A stretch of DNA of 64,000 nt from Chitinophagales bacterium (lineage in GTDB: Bacteria > Bacteroidota > Bacteroidia > Chitinophagales > Saprospiraceae): NCBI GenBank assembly GCA_038203695.1, contig JBBRDQ010000001.1:14825-78824 (forward strand). Reading direction: 5' to 3'. Below, piece by piece: positions 23,930 to 33,794 of this stretch; position 1 is the stretch's first letter; every line of letters begins with the position of its first letter. Made by a program: the position numbers and the translations under genes. The notes under the pieces were generated by a model, which was not told the origin of the DNA, made no database searches, and was given only the letters and a program-made list of their open reading frames with translations.

Positions 23930-26548
23930 ATGTTCCAGCGTCAGACCACACCCCCCTTTCCAGTGCGAAATATCTTGATAATAGCCGTTATGGCTTTAAT
24001 CCTTTTGGGTTATTCATTACAAAAAAACCGCGAAGTCCCACTGACTGATTCGTCCGGCGAACCTGAAAAAGAGGCGGCCGAACATCAGGGCAGCGGTTTG
24101 TGGCCCGACGAATGGCAATACCTGATCCGGGAATACCCCGATTTCAAACCCGGATTGCGCGCTTATAAAACCGCTCTCACCCGTGCGCGCGATGGCGTGC
24201 AATCGCGTGGAAACAACCCCGGATTTAATGCTCCCTGGACCATTGAAGGCCCAGGCAATATCGGTTCCAGGGTCAATACCATTAAAGCCGATCCCACTAA
24301 TCCGGACATTATCTATATCGGCTATTGCCGCGGCGGCGTCTGGAAAACAATCGACGGCGGACTGTCCTGGAATCCGATCTTCGACGGGCAAAATGCGCTG
24401 GCGATCGGTGATATCGAACTCGATCCGCAAAACCCGAATATCGTCTATGTAGGTACCGGCGATCCCAATATTAGCGGCTACCCGTTTGTCGGCGACGGAT
24501 TGTGGAAAAGTACGGATGCGGGGACTACCTGGAAATACTTAGGGCTTGAAAATCAACGCATTATCTCTAAGATTATCATTCACCCCACCAATCCAAATAT
24601 CTTATATGTCGGCACTATGGGTCTGCCTTTTACCCGCAACAATGAACGTGGTTTGTACAAGTCCAGCAACGGCGGACAGACCTGGGAGCAAGTTTTGTTT
24701 GTCTCCAATGCCAGCGGCGTGATCGACCTGCAAATGTCGGGTAGTGATCCAAATACGCTGTATGCATCTGTCTGGGATCGCATCCGCAATAATCAGGAAA
24801 GTTTCGTCACCGGTAACAACGCCCGCATCTGGAAAACCACCAATGGCGGTAATTCATGGACCAAACTCGAAGGTGGATTGCCGCAAAATAGAAAAAGCCG
24901 GATCGGACTGTCCATTTCGGCCAATGATCCGAACTTTGTGCTCGCAGTCGTAGTGGATTCCACGCTCGACATGGACAACATCTATAAAACCACCGACGCC
25001 GGCGCTTCCTGGTCGCCATTGCCCCAGACGGGGCTGGATGCCGGTTTTATGGGCGGTTTTGGCTGGTATTTTGGCAAAGTATTCATCAATCCGTTCGATG
25101 ACAACGACCTGTATGTCTGCGGAATAGAATTGTGGCGCTCGGTAGATGGCGGCGAAAACTGGTTTATTACTACGCCCGAATGGTGGACCTACGAGGTACA
25201 TGCTGACAAACACGACCTGGCTTTCATCGATGCCAACACGGTTTTATTAGCCACCGACGGCGGGTTGTACCGCTCTTCCGACAGTGGGCAATCCTGGGCA
25301 AAAATCGAAAATAACCCCACCAGCCAGTTTTACCGGGTGGCATTCAACCCTTTTCAGCCCGATTGGTATATCGGCGGGATGCAGGATAATGGCACGGCCG
25401 GCGGGGATGCCTCCATTGTCAACGACTGGCCGCGGCTGTTTGGCGGGGATGGCTTTCAAGCCGTTTATCACCCCGAAGACCCGAATGTTTTTTATTATGA
25501 AACCCAAAACGGGACGATTTATGGCGTTGATATGGACGGAAACGTGAATTCGGTAAGCGGTACACTCACCGACGACCGGCGCGATTGGGATATGCCTTAT
25601 TTTATCAGTCCCAATAATTACGAAGTCATGTACGCCGGAACGTACCGTGTGCAACAGAGTTATGGCCATCCGCCCAACTGGTTTCCCGTCAGCCCCGATT
25701 TGACCGACGGGATCATTTATGGCAGTCGCTACCACGTGATCACGACCGTCCATGAAAGTTCGCTGGAGACCGACCTGCTCTATGCGGGCACCTCCGACGC
25801 TAATGTCTGGCGCGGGAATCCAACCCAGCAAGACTGGGTAAATATCAGCGCCGGCCTGCCCGAACGCTTCGTTTCCAGCGTGAAAGCGTCGCCCAACCTA
25901 CTCGACCGCGTGTACGTAACCCAAACCGGCTATAAAGACAACGACCCGCAACCACACCTGCACCGCTCCGACGACCGCGGCAATACCTGGACGAATATCG
26001 CCGGCAATCTGCCTGGTTTTGCCATCTACGACGTGCTGATTATGCCCGGGCATCAGGATTCAATTATATTTGTCGGCACCGACGGCGGTGTTTACGGCAC
26101 GATCAATGGCGGTCAGCATTGGGAACGGCTCGGCACGGGTATGCCCTTTGTGCCGGTGTTTGCCCTAACCCTCAATCCGGTACTTAAAACGCTGGTTGCC
26201 GGCACACATGCCCGCAGTATCATGACTTTTCCGCTAGATTCGATTCAACTGGGCAACAATGTTTCCACGTTTACCCCCGGTGGTGTGTTAGCGCCTTCGC
26301 TGCGGGTGTTGCCCAACTTAGTGACCGATCACGCCAATCTGGTGCTGAAAAACCTCCCATCGCGCCGGCAAACAGCGATTTTTATCACCAACGCAGCAGG
26401 AAAGGTGGTTTGGGAAGAACAATTCACGGGTCTGCAAGCGCAGGAAACTCCCATAGACCTGGCCGATCTGGCAGCCGGCGTCTATTTTGCCTTTGCGCGC
26501 AGCGACGGACGTATCTGGGGGCAGTCTAAATTTGTGGTGGTAAAATAA
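23930..26548 (+). CDS. BNR/Sortilin-VPS10-like repeat glycosidase-like protein with T9SS type A sorting domain
   Basis: It has at least 8 BNR SxDxGxxW motifs (WKSTDAGTTW, YKSSNGGQTW, WKTTNGGNSW, YKTTDAGASW, WRSVDGGENW, YRSSDSGQSW, RSDDRGNTW, INGGQHW). The C-terminal tail reads LRVLPNLVTDHANLVL...GVYFAFARSD...KFVVVK. Confidence 0.7.
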   Translation: MFQRQTTPPFPVRNILIIAVMALILLGYSLQKNREVPLTDSSGEPEKEAAEHQGSGLWPDEWQYLIREYPDFKPGLRAYKTALTRARDGVQSRGNNPGFNAPWTIEGPGNIGSRVNTIKADPTNPDIIYIGYCRGGVWKTIDGGLSWNPIFDGQNALAIGDIELDPQNPNIVYVGTGDPNISGYPFVGDGLWKSTDAGTTWKYLGLENQRIISKIIIHPTNPNILYVGTMGLPFTRNNERGLYKSSNGGQTWEQVLFVSNASGVIDLQMSGSDPNTLYASVWDRIRNNQESFVTGNNARIWKTTNGGNSWTKLEGGLPQNRKSRIGLSISANDPNFVLAVVVDSTLDMDNIYKTTDAGASWSPLPQTGLDAGFMGGFGWYFGKVFINPFDDNDLYVCGIELWRSVDGGENWFITTPEWWTYEVHADKHDLAFIDANTVLLATDGGLYRSSDSGQSWAKIENNPTSQFYRVAFNPFQPDWYIGGMQDNGTAGGDASIVNDWPRLFGGDGFQAVYHPEDPNVFYYETQNGTIYGVDMDGNVNSVSGTLTDDRRDWDMPYFISPNNYEVMYAGTYRVQQSYGHPPNWFPVSPDLTDGIIYGSRYHVITTVHESSLETDLLYAGTSDANVWRGNPTQQDWVNISAGLPERFVSSVKASPNLLDRVYVTQTGYKDNDPQPHLHRSDDRGNTWTNIAGNLPGFAIYDVLIMPGHQDSIIFVGTDGGVYGTINGGQHWERLGTGMPFVPVFALTLNPVLKTLVAGTHARSIMTFPLDSIQLGNNVSTFTPGGVLAPSLRVLPNLVTDHANLVLKNLPSRRQTAIFITNAAGKVVWEEQFTGLQAQETPIDLADLAAGVYFAFARSDGRIWGQSKFVVVK

Positions 26549-26691
26549 ATTGCCGCAGTATAGGAAACATGACGGCCAGAAAATTGCTTTCCTGGCGATC
26601 CATTGGATAGGTAGGCGTAATAAACTGCGTCGTGTGTTCTAAGTTAAAAAACAAAAAATGAGTGACTGTGAAAAATAAACAACAAAAAGTT

Positions 26692-26699
26692 TATTTTTG
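26692..26699 (+). promoter_or_regulatory. -7 box TAttTTTG upstream of 26764
   Basis: It matches the consensus 65 nt before the ATG. Confidence 0.35.
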
Positions 26700-26763
26700 C
26701 CGGTGAAATAAAGAAGGTCGTACAGGCTTCCCTTTTCATACTTCACTTTTCACTCCTGATAAA

Positions 26764-27687
26764 ATGGCTCGACGCTCATCTTCCGATTCCGGTGGTTTTC
26801 TGTTTAAAACTGGTGCCTTTGCGGTGTTAGCCGCCGTGGCTTTTTGGCTTTTTAATCAATTTTCGGGCAAAAAACCGGCAGAAACTGCGGATAGTACCCC
26901 GAAAACAGAACTGCCTGCTTCCGCCGATCCCAAACCCGCGACACCCAACCCGACGGTTTCGCAGGTGCCGGAAAATATCCTGCCGGTTTCGACAACTGGC
27001 GAGATCGTACGCCACACCTGGTACACCCTTTCGTATTCCGAAGACCATGAACAGGCCGAATGGGTGGCGTATGATCTGACCCGCGACCGCTTGAATGAAA
27101 ACTGGGCGGCCCGGCCCAATACCTTCCGCCCCGACGCAGCAGTGCGCACCGAAAGCGCTACGCCACGCGATTACAATGCCAGTGGTTACGACAAGGGTCA
27201 CCTCTGCCCGGCCGCCGATATGGCTTTCAGTGAATCGGCCATCGACGAGACTTTTTTTATGAGCAATATGAGCCCGCAGGTGCCGGCGTTCAATGTCGGT
27301 ATCTGGCGGGAACTGGAGGAATTGACCCGCGACTGGGCGCGCAAATTCAACCACCTGTACATTGTGACCGGCCCCGTACTTACGCAGCCCGGGCTGGCGC
27401 AGATCGGCTTTAGCAAAGTAACCGTTCCGGCGGCTTATTATAAAGTTTTGTATGCTCCCGACCAGCAGCGCGCCATTGCGTTTATGATACCCAATGCCCG
27501 CAGCATCCAGCCGGTGATGAACTATGCCTGTAGCATCGACCAAGTGGAAAAGTTGACCGCCCTTGATTTTTTTCCGCAACTTTTACAAGGAATGGACGAA
27601 GAACTGGAAGGTTCGCTCGATAAAGATGCCTGGCCAATCAATCGGCAGCGCTATGAAATGCGGGTAAAAGAATGGAATGATAAATAG
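26764..27687 (+). CDS. Membrane-anchored DNA/RNA non-specific endonuclease (Endonuclease_NS / NucA family)
   Basis: It carries YDKGHLCPAADM and FFMSNMSPQVPAFNVGIWRELE (DRGH-N-type active site), with an N-terminal TM anchor and a Pro-rich linker. Confidence 0.75.
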   Translation: MARRSSSDSGGFLFKTGAFAVLAAVAFWLFNQFSGKKPAETADSTPKTELPASADPKPATPNPTVSQVPENILPVSTTGEIVRHTWYTLSYSEDHEQAEWVAYDLTRDRLNENWAARPNTFRPDAAVRTESATPRDYNASGYDKGHLCPAADMAFSESAIDETFFMSNMSPQVPAFNVGIWRELEELTRDWARKFNHLYIVTGPVLTQPGLAQIGFSKVTVPAAYYKVLYAPDQQRAIAFMIPNARSIQPVMNYACSIDQVEKLTALDFFPQLLQGMDEELEGSLDKDAWPINRQRYEMRVKEWNDK

Positions 27688-27691
27688 GCAT

Positions 27692-28306
27692 CTAGGAGCG
27701 CCACTTCAGCGTCTGGATCATGCGATTGACATCCGCTTTCATAAAATTCAGGACCGGGGCCAAAGAATCGGGCCGGGCCTGTGTGTTGAAGTACAAAGCG
27801 CCGCGGACAAAATTGTGGGTGGAGTCGGTTAGAAAAAACTGATAGGCCGATGCAACCGGTCCTTCGACGTTAAAAACGATGCCATACACTTGGTCGGCTT
27901 TGCGTTCGATCGGGATTTCTTCAATGTAACTGGCTTTGACATTGTGTTTGTTGGTCATTTCGTACGCATCCTGCACAAATCTGTCAAAATCGGCCCGGCT
28001 GCCGATCTGGTTGTACGTAAAATACACTTTTGCATTGAGCGCGGCTATATCCAGATTAAACCAGCAATCATTGCGCACTTTCCCACCAAAAAACGTCGTA
28101 TCGCGCTCGATTGTCGCATAGGCAGGCTGGTCGAACGTAAAATTGCAATACGCTGCATCGAACGGTTTATAGACCTTGGCGGGATAATCCACGCGCGGAT
28201 AGGCCCGCGGTTTTGGAACGGAGATATCCTCTTCGCAGGCCGTCGTGGCAATGCTAATGATCGAAAGAAGCAGCAGGCAGGCAGTATATTTTTTTAGTAA
28301 AAACAT
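27692..28306 (-). CDS. gldD: Gliding motility lipoprotein GldD
   Basis: It has a lipobox (ATTAC), PKPRAYPRVDYP, FLTDSTHNFVRGALYF and a TLKWR end, matching the GldD pattern. Confidence 0.7.
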   Translation of the reverse strand: MFLLKKYTACLLLLSIISIATTACEEDISVPKPRAYPRVDYPAKVYKPFDAAYCNFTFDQPAYATIERDTTFFGGKVRNDCWFNLDIAALNAKVYFTYNQIGSRADFDRFVQDAYEMTNKHNVKASYIEEIPIERKADQVYGIVFNVEGPVASAYQFFLTDSTHNFVRGALYFNTQARPDSLAPVLNFMKADVNRMIQTLKWRS

Positions 28307-28432
28307 AAAAGCGCGGGGTAGGAAATAATTTAGCGTAGTGATTTGCCGCAGGCACCTAGAACAGGAAGACCCGGCAATATAGTATGAAGCATGGGTTTAT
28401 TCCCTCAAAATGTACCGAAATTCCGCGCGTCA

Positions 28433-30151
28433 CTAGATTTTATCGCCTAACAGGGCGTCCAGATCTTTCACCAGTTTGTTGGTTTCGGCCCAGGTGTTGT
28501 TCATACTGGCGGATTGATTTTGTCCGGCAAAGACGGCTTGTTCGCAGGTTTGCCAGATGGTCAGTGCCGACTGAATCTGGTTAAACGGCACCCGGCGTTC
28601 CGCCATACGCTGCCGCATGGTAGTCGGCGTCAAGACAGTCGGCGACAGGTCCAGGCGCACCGCCAGGTACTCCTTAAAGGCTTTGAATAGGGTATCGTAA
28701 TAAGCGCGCGGTGGGCCGGTCTGCAACAACTGGCTGGCGGCAAAAAAGCGATCGTTCAGCGGCAACATCGGCGTAGGCTCGCTTACAAACGACGTTTTTG
28801 CCGTTTTAGGGCGTTTTTTCCACCACAACAACAGAACGAGCGATAAAACCAACAAGGCCAGCGAACCCCACACAATCGGCAGCTGCAACCAGGTCAGCGA
28901 TCGTTCAAAATAAGCACTGGAACTGCTGTTCCCGGCATCGGGCAAGAAAGCGGCACCTGGCAGTACGGTTATCGGGAAAGGTTTTTCCAGGCGTAACGTA
29001 TCGTACCGGCTACTATCGGTATTAAAAAATACAATTTGCGGATGGAGCGTAAACTGACCGGCTTGTTTTGGCAGAATCAAGTAGTCGAGTGTTTGCGCAT
29101 GGATAAAAGTTGCCTGGTCATTTTCATAGACATCTTCGTCGCGCACCTGAGGCGTGGCGGTCTCAAATCCGGGCGGAAGGGTCAGGGTCGGTGCAGCAAA
29201 GCGCTGCGGATTGCCGGTGCCTTCCAGGTGAATACTCATGATCAGCGCCTCGCCTACCCGTAGCGAATCGCGATCAACTTGCACTTGCCAGGTATAACGC
29301 CCTATCAGTCCGGCAAAACCTTCCGGTGCCGGCATAGGCAGCGGTTTTACCCACAACTGCGCCGGAGGAGCCTGCAATACCGTCTGCACCGGTACGGGTG
29401 GTAAACCGCGCTGCTGTTGCACGACGCCAATGCGGCGTGTTGCGCTGTCTACCGTGGACAGTCCTTCTTTTTGCGGATACAGCCCGGCTTCGTATAGTGT
29501 CTGGACGGTATAGGTTTTATTGCGGATGGTTTCGCTTTGCGAACGTGTATCAAAACGCTTTTTTTCTTTGGCCGTGAAACCTTCAAAATTGGGCATCGCC
29601 AATTCACTATCGCCCTGCACATCGATACTGGTGCAGACTTTCAGCCGCCAGGCGATTTGTTGTCCGACAAAAACGGTGTCGTGTTCGAACTCGCCGACCA
29701 GAAAAATCGCCGACGCGGCCACGCGCACGGCCTTTATCTTTAAGGGCAACGTATTGGAATTCAACTGTTTACCATTTACCTCAACCGTTGCGGGCGCAAT
29801 CGAATAATTGCCCGGCGTAGTGGCTTCCAGGGTGTACACCCAGGATTCCTGGTAATAAGGCCGTCCGTTATTAAAGCCGCCGCCTCGAATAGGGCCGTCG
29901 ACCGAAACCACCCGGCAGCCTTTGAACTGCGGCGCGCGAAATGCAGTGCCACTCGCATCCCGCAGGATGTAAGAAACGTCCACGTTATTGCCGACTGAGA
30001 GGATACTCCGCTCAATTTTTGCCGTCAATACAGGGGTTTGTTGTGCAAAAAGCGGCTGCACAGCAGTGAGTAACAACACTACGAGGTAGGGGAGCGGTAA
30101 ACGAGTTCGAAAAGTCTGCAAAAGAATGGGTATTAACATACGGGCAAGCAC
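28433..30151 (-). CDS. batD: BatD-family protein (oxygen-tolerance locus protein D-like)
   Basis: A signal peptide is followed by repeated Ig-like modules (..YTLEATTPGNYSIAPATVEVNGKQLNSNTLPLKIKA), a late TM helix (WGSLALLVLSLVLLLWW) and a cytoplasmic helical tail. Confidence 0.55.
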   Translation of the reverse strand: MLARMLIPILLQTFRTRLPLPYLVVLLLTAVQPLFAQQTPVLTAKIERSILSVGNNVDVSYILRDASGTAFRAPQFKGCRVVSVDGPIRGGGFNNGRPYYQESWVYTLEATTPGNYSIAPATVEVNGKQLNSNTLPLKIKAVRVAASAIFLVGEFEHDTVFVGQQIAWRLKVCTSIDVQGDSELAMPNFEGFTAKEKKRFDTRSQSETIRNKTYTVQTLYEAGLYPQKEGLSTVDSATRRIGVVQQQRGLPPVPVQTVLQAPPAQLWVKPLPMPAPEGFAGLIGRYTWQVQVDRDSLRVGEALIMSIHLEGTGNPQRFAAPTLTLPPGFETATPQVRDEDVYENDQATFIHAQTLDYLILPKQAGQFTLHPQIVFFNTDSSRYDTLRLEKPFPITVLPGAAFLPDAGNSSSSAYFERSLTWLQLPIVWGSLALLVLSLVLLLWWKKRPKTAKTSFVSEPTPMLPLNDRFFAASQLLQTGPPRAYYDTLFKAFKEYLAVRLDLSPTVLTPTTMRQRMAERRVPFNQIQSALTIWQTCEQAVFAGQNQSASMNNTWAETNKLVKDLDALLGDKI

Positions 30152-30299
30152 AGCGGTAAAGGTAAGTCAGAATTGTTTTTCAATTTCAAATTTTGATGGG
30201 CGATCAGCCAGTTTAATTTTAGACGCACGCCCAAAGCAAAAAAATCTGGCGGCGTATGGTTTAATTTTTAGCACATTTGCGCAAAACTTTATTCCCGCT

Positions 30300-31229
30300 A
30301 TGTACGAGTTAAATAAATCTACATTCGGCCCTTATACCCGGTATGAACTGCACCATCCGGCGACGGGTAATGGTTTCAGTATCGTACCTGAACGGGGCGC
30401 TAACCTGCTCGACCTCTCCTTTGGCGGGCGCAATATCCTGGATGGATTCACTACCCCCGAAGAATTGACGGCCGCTAAATGGGGGAAAAGCGTGTTGTTA
30501 TTCCCGTTCCCCAATCGCCTGGACCACGGTAAATACAACTGGTTGGGCAAATCCTATCAATTTCCCCTCAATAATGCTGCCACGGAAAATGCCATCCACG
30601 GTTTTGTGCGCGACGAGGCATTTACGGTCGACTATATCTTTTTAGCCAAGGACCACGCCAGCATCCTGTGCAGTTTCAATTATGACGGCAGCCGGGAATA
30701 TTATCCGTTCCCTTTCACCCTGGAAGTGGAGTTCATGCTGCACGACAACGGTACTTTTACCCTGGAAGCAGCCTGCCGCAATCTGCATACCGAAGTCATT
30801 CCGATCGGTTTCGGCTGGCATCCTTACTTCCGCCTGGCCGAACAAGCCGGCGATCATTCTATGCAATTGCCTGGTTGTGAAATGGTTGCCATCAACGACC
30901 GCATGATCCCCACTGGCGCGCCTACCCCTTATCCGACATTCCAGCGTACCAAGAAAGTGGGTGACACCGTACTGGACAATTGTTTCCGCAGCGCACGCGA
31001 CAGCGGTAGTTATAAAATGGTCCTTCAAGGACCCGCAGGCAAGATCGCGGTGAAAGCCAACGCCCGTCAGTTCCCTTACTTTCAGGTATTTACGCCGCCG
31101 CACCGCGCCAGCATCGCCCTCGAACCCATGTCCTGCAACGTCGATGCTTTCAACAATCAGCAGGGCCTGGTTACGTTGGCACCGGAGGCGGAATGGAAGG
31201 GGAAGATGGTTATTAGTTTTGAGTTTTGA
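30300..31229 (+). CDS. Aldose 1-epimerase family protein
   Basis: The start was set at MYELNKSTFG (ATG 30300). It carries the GFGWHPYF and ALEPMSC motifs typical of the mutarotase fold. Confidence 0.6.
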   Translation: MYELNKSTFGPYTRYELHHPATGNGFSIVPERGANLLDLSFGGRNILDGFTTPEELTAAKWGKSVLLFPFPNRLDHGKYNWLGKSYQFPLNNAATENAIHGFVRDEAFTVDYIFLAKDHASILCSFNYDGSREYYPFPFTLEVEFMLHDNGTFTLEAACRNLHTEVIPIGFGWHPYFRLAEQAGDHSMQLPGCEMVAINDRMIPTGAPTPYPTFQRTKKVGDTVLDNCFRSARDSGSYKMVLQGPAGKIAVKANARQFPYFQVFTPPHRASIALEPMSCNVDAFNNQQGLVTLAPEAEWKGKMVISFEF

Positions 31230-31270
31230 GTTATTTTACATAATTTGTACACTATCAATCTATTATGAGT

Positions 31271-31302
31271 ATTAATCATTAACCATTAACCATTAATCAT
31301 TA
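31271..31302. repeat. Single-arm CATTAAY heptamer array directly upstream of the permease start
   Basis: attaatc attaacc attaacc attaatc atta ends 4 nt before the ATG at 31307. Confidence 0.6.
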
Positions 31303-31306
31303 TAAA

Positions 31307-32692
31307 ATGACCGCTGAACTACGGCGCAACCTCACCCTGTACGGACTTACCATGATTGCCGTCGGCAGCACGATTGGGAGTGGTATTTTCCGTACGCCCG
31401 GCCAGATCGCCCAGCAAGTACATCTTCCCTCATTTGTGATTGCGTTGTGGGTGCTTGGGGGCGTCGTAGCCCTGACCGGCGCGCTGACGTATGCGGAAAT
31501 GGGCAGCAAATTCCCCGGTGCCGGTGGTTTATACGTGTACCTGCGGGAGGCGTATGGCGATGGCGTCGGATTTTTATACGGGTGGTTTATCCTGTTTATC
31601 AGCACCTCGGGCAGTATTGCCGCATTGGTAGTGGTGTGTGCCGAGCACCTTATCTCGCTGTTTGGCGGCGAAAAAGATAGTTCGCTGGTGGTGCCGCTGG
31701 CCATTGGCATTACCGTTTTTTTGACCGTTATCAACTTATTCGGCGTAAAAATCGGGGAGTGGATTGCCAATATTTTTACCGGTGCCAAACTGCTGGGCTT
31801 GTTGCTGATCATTGTGAGCGGTTTCTTTTTTGTGCAGCCGATTGCCGTAAATGCCAATGCGCACAGTGCTTTTGCCACCACCGAACCGGTTAATTTGTGG
31901 ACGGCTTTTGCCACGGCTTTTATCGGCGTATTGTGGTCGTATGGCGGCTGGCAACACGCCTCTTTTCTCGCCGGCGAAACCCGCAATCCCACCCGCAATG
32001 TCCCCCGGGCGATGATGCTGGGTGCGGCGATCGTCACCTTGGTGTATGTACTGGCGAATGTGGCTTATATGCGCCTGTTACCCGTGGAACAGATTGCCGC
32101 TTCCAAGACGGTAGCCGCCGACGCCATGGGCACGATCGGTGCCTGGGCCGGCCCTTTGATGGCTTTTCTGATCGCATTATCGACTTTTGGGACGACCGGT
32201 ATTTACTGTATGACCGCGCCGCGTATTTATTATGCCATGGCCAAAGACGGTATTTTCTTTGAAAAACTGGCCGCCGTACATCCGCGCTGGCAGACGCCGG
32301 TGAACGCGATCCTGGTGCAAAGTACCTGGGCCATTATTTTGATCCTGTTCTGGGGCACTTTTGAAAACCTGATCGAGTACGTCACATTTGTCGACTGGAT
32401 CGGTCTGATGCTGGTGGGCACGACTATTTTTATCTTCCGGCATCGCGAACGAAAACGCCGGCAAAGCGGCACCGAATTATCGGACCCGGCCAACGAGTCG
32501 TCCGAAATGACCGCGTCTTATCGCACACCCTTGTACCCCGTTGTGCCCATAATTTTTGTCGGTATTTGTGCCTGGTTTGTGTCCTACACGATTTTTACCA
32601 CGCCGGTGAGCGCGGGCGCGGGATTGCTGGTGGTGGCGTTGGGGTGGGTGGTGTATTGGTTTTATTTCAGGCGGCGGGTGCCGTTGAAGTAA
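31307..32692 (+). CDS. Amino acid permease (APC superfamily)
   Basis: It has about 12 TM segments. The N-terminal block LTMIAVGSTIGSGIFRTPG is typical of APC transporters. Confidence 0.75.
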   Translation: MTAELRRNLTLYGLTMIAVGSTIGSGIFRTPGQIAQQVHLPSFVIALWVLGGVVALTGALTYAEMGSKFPGAGGLYVYLREAYGDGVGFLYGWFILFISTSGSIAALVVVCAEHLISLFGGEKDSSLVVPLAIGITVFLTVINLFGVKIGEWIANIFTGAKLLGLLLIIVSGFFFVQPIAVNANAHSAFATTEPVNLWTAFATAFIGVLWSYGGWQHASFLAGETRNPTRNVPRAMMLGAAIVTLVYVLANVAYMRLLPVEQIAASKTVAADAMGTIGAWAGPLMAFLIALSTFGTTGIYCMTAPRIYYAMAKDGIFFEKLAAVHPRWQTPVNAILVQSTWAIILILFWGTFENLIEYVTFVDWIGLMLVGTTIFIFRHRERKRRQSGTELSDPANESSEMTASYRTPLYPVVPIIFVGICAWFVSYTIFTTPVSAGAGLLVVALGWVVYWFYFRRRVPLK

Positions 32693-32723
32693 CTATATTT
32701 CACCACAACTGGTTAAATAAACC

Positions 32724-32731
32724 TAACTTTG
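32724..32731 (+). promoter_or_regulatory. -7 box TAacTTTG upstream of 32782
   Basis: It matches the consensus 51 nt before the ATG. Confidence 0.35.
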
Positions 32732-32781
32732 TTTGTAATCTTTTAAACATTGGATACCTGTAACAAGTCAAGTTTGACCTT

Positions 32782-33351
32782 ATGACTGCTGTATTAAAAA
32801 TGAATATTGAGGAACTTGATACGAAGTTCGTCGAGAATTTGAAGCACGATTTTGCGCATGCAGAGTTGGAAATCCGCGTGCATGACCAGCCTGATTCGAC
32901 CGTAGTTTTTTCCGTGGAAGATTTTTGGCAAACGATCGCACAACTAAACTGGTCGAATGAAGAAGATGACGCCAGTATAATAGCGCCCGTTATTCAGATA
33001 TTAATGCAGCAACCCTTGGCTTACATCTACCGGTTTGCCGACATTCTTTCCGAAAAACTTTGGCAGTTAGACACAAAAGATCACGCACAGGTTTTCCTGG
33101 AAGATGCGGAAGAAGAAGGCTATTTGTCGGTTGATGATTTTCTGTATGCCCGATGTGCGGTAGTAGCCAATGGGCGTGATTATTATGAAAAAATACGGCA
33201 AAACCCTGCTGAAATGCCCATTGATGCCACTTTTGAACCTTTATTATACGTTGCTATAAGTGCTTATAAACGTAAAACCGGTAAGGAGTTTAATGCCTTG
33301 CCTGCTTTTAATTATGAGACTTACAGCAATAAAGAGGGTTGGAAAAAGTAA
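32782..33351 (+). CDS. DUF4240 domain protein
   Basis: DFWQTIAQLNWSNEEDD...YRFADILSEKLWQLD...DDFLYARCAVVANGRDYYE resembles DUF4240 as I remember it. Confidence 0.5.
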   Translation: MTAVLKMNIEELDTKFVENLKHDFAHAELEIRVHDQPDSTVVFSVEDFWQTIAQLNWSNEEDDASIIAPVIQILMQQPLAYIYRFADILSEKLWQLDTKDHAQVFLEDAEEEGYLSVDDFLYARCAVVANGRDYYEKIRQNPAEMPIDATFEPLLYVAISAYKRKTGKEFNALPAFNYETYSNKEGWKK

Positions 33352-33360
33352 TTGCAGGAC

Positions 33361-33669
33361 ATGGCGGAACACGGCAACTCTAATTTAAATAATAAACTAC
33401 ATCATCTTTACGAAATACGTGATTCTGTAGATGATGTAGTGTTCAAATACGGTATCAGCCACGATCCGATTGATGAAGATGGCTATTCCAACCGAATGCG
33501 GGCGCAGGTTAATTTTCTCAATCTCGGCGTCGACTGGTTGCGCTTTTTTGCCAGAATTCTTATTGTAGATATTGGAGGCAGGAAAGAGGCAAAGCGCATT
33601 GAGCGCAACTACATTCGCACTTTTAAAGATCAAAACGGCCACAACCCACGCGGGAATCTCACTGATTAA
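33361..33669 (+). CDS. Small GIY-YIG-like nuclease-fold protein (about 100 aa)
   Basis: HLYEI..(13 aa)..FKYGIS ... R.RAQV ... AKRIERNYIRTF...PRGN lines up by eye with I-TevI GIYQI..VYVGSA..R..H..IERENFWIKEL..GYN. The ATG is 10 nt after the DUF4240 stop. Confidence 0.35.
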   Translation: MAEHGNSNLNNKLHHLYEIRDSVDDVVFKYGISHDPIDEDGYSNRMRAQVNFLNLGVDWLRFFARILIVDIGGRKEAKRIERNYIRTFKDQNGHNPRGNLTD

Positions 33670-33794
33670 GCACAAGTGAACGAAAGCCACGCTCCATCAC
33701 CCAAAATGTTCCAACAAACGATTCAACTCACTTCCGGCGAAACGCTCCAACTCACCTGGATGCAGGAATCTAAGCCCTTAAAGCCTGATTTACA

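Noticed and set aside
26764-27687. NucA-type non-specific endonuclease considered as a defence effector.
   Set aside because: It has an N-terminal membrane anchor and a Pro-rich linker typical of extracellular or periplasmic nutrient-scavenging nucleases. No inhibitor or partner gene is adjacent, and its neighbours are gldD and a glycosidase-like T9SS cargo.
28433-30151. BatD-family gene together with the DUF58 gene at 50083-51018, considered as a Bat/MoxR aerotolerance operon.
   Set aside because: The two genes are 20 kb apart. No MoxR ATPase or BatA/B/C vWA genes are adjacent to either, so no operon can be claimed from this window.
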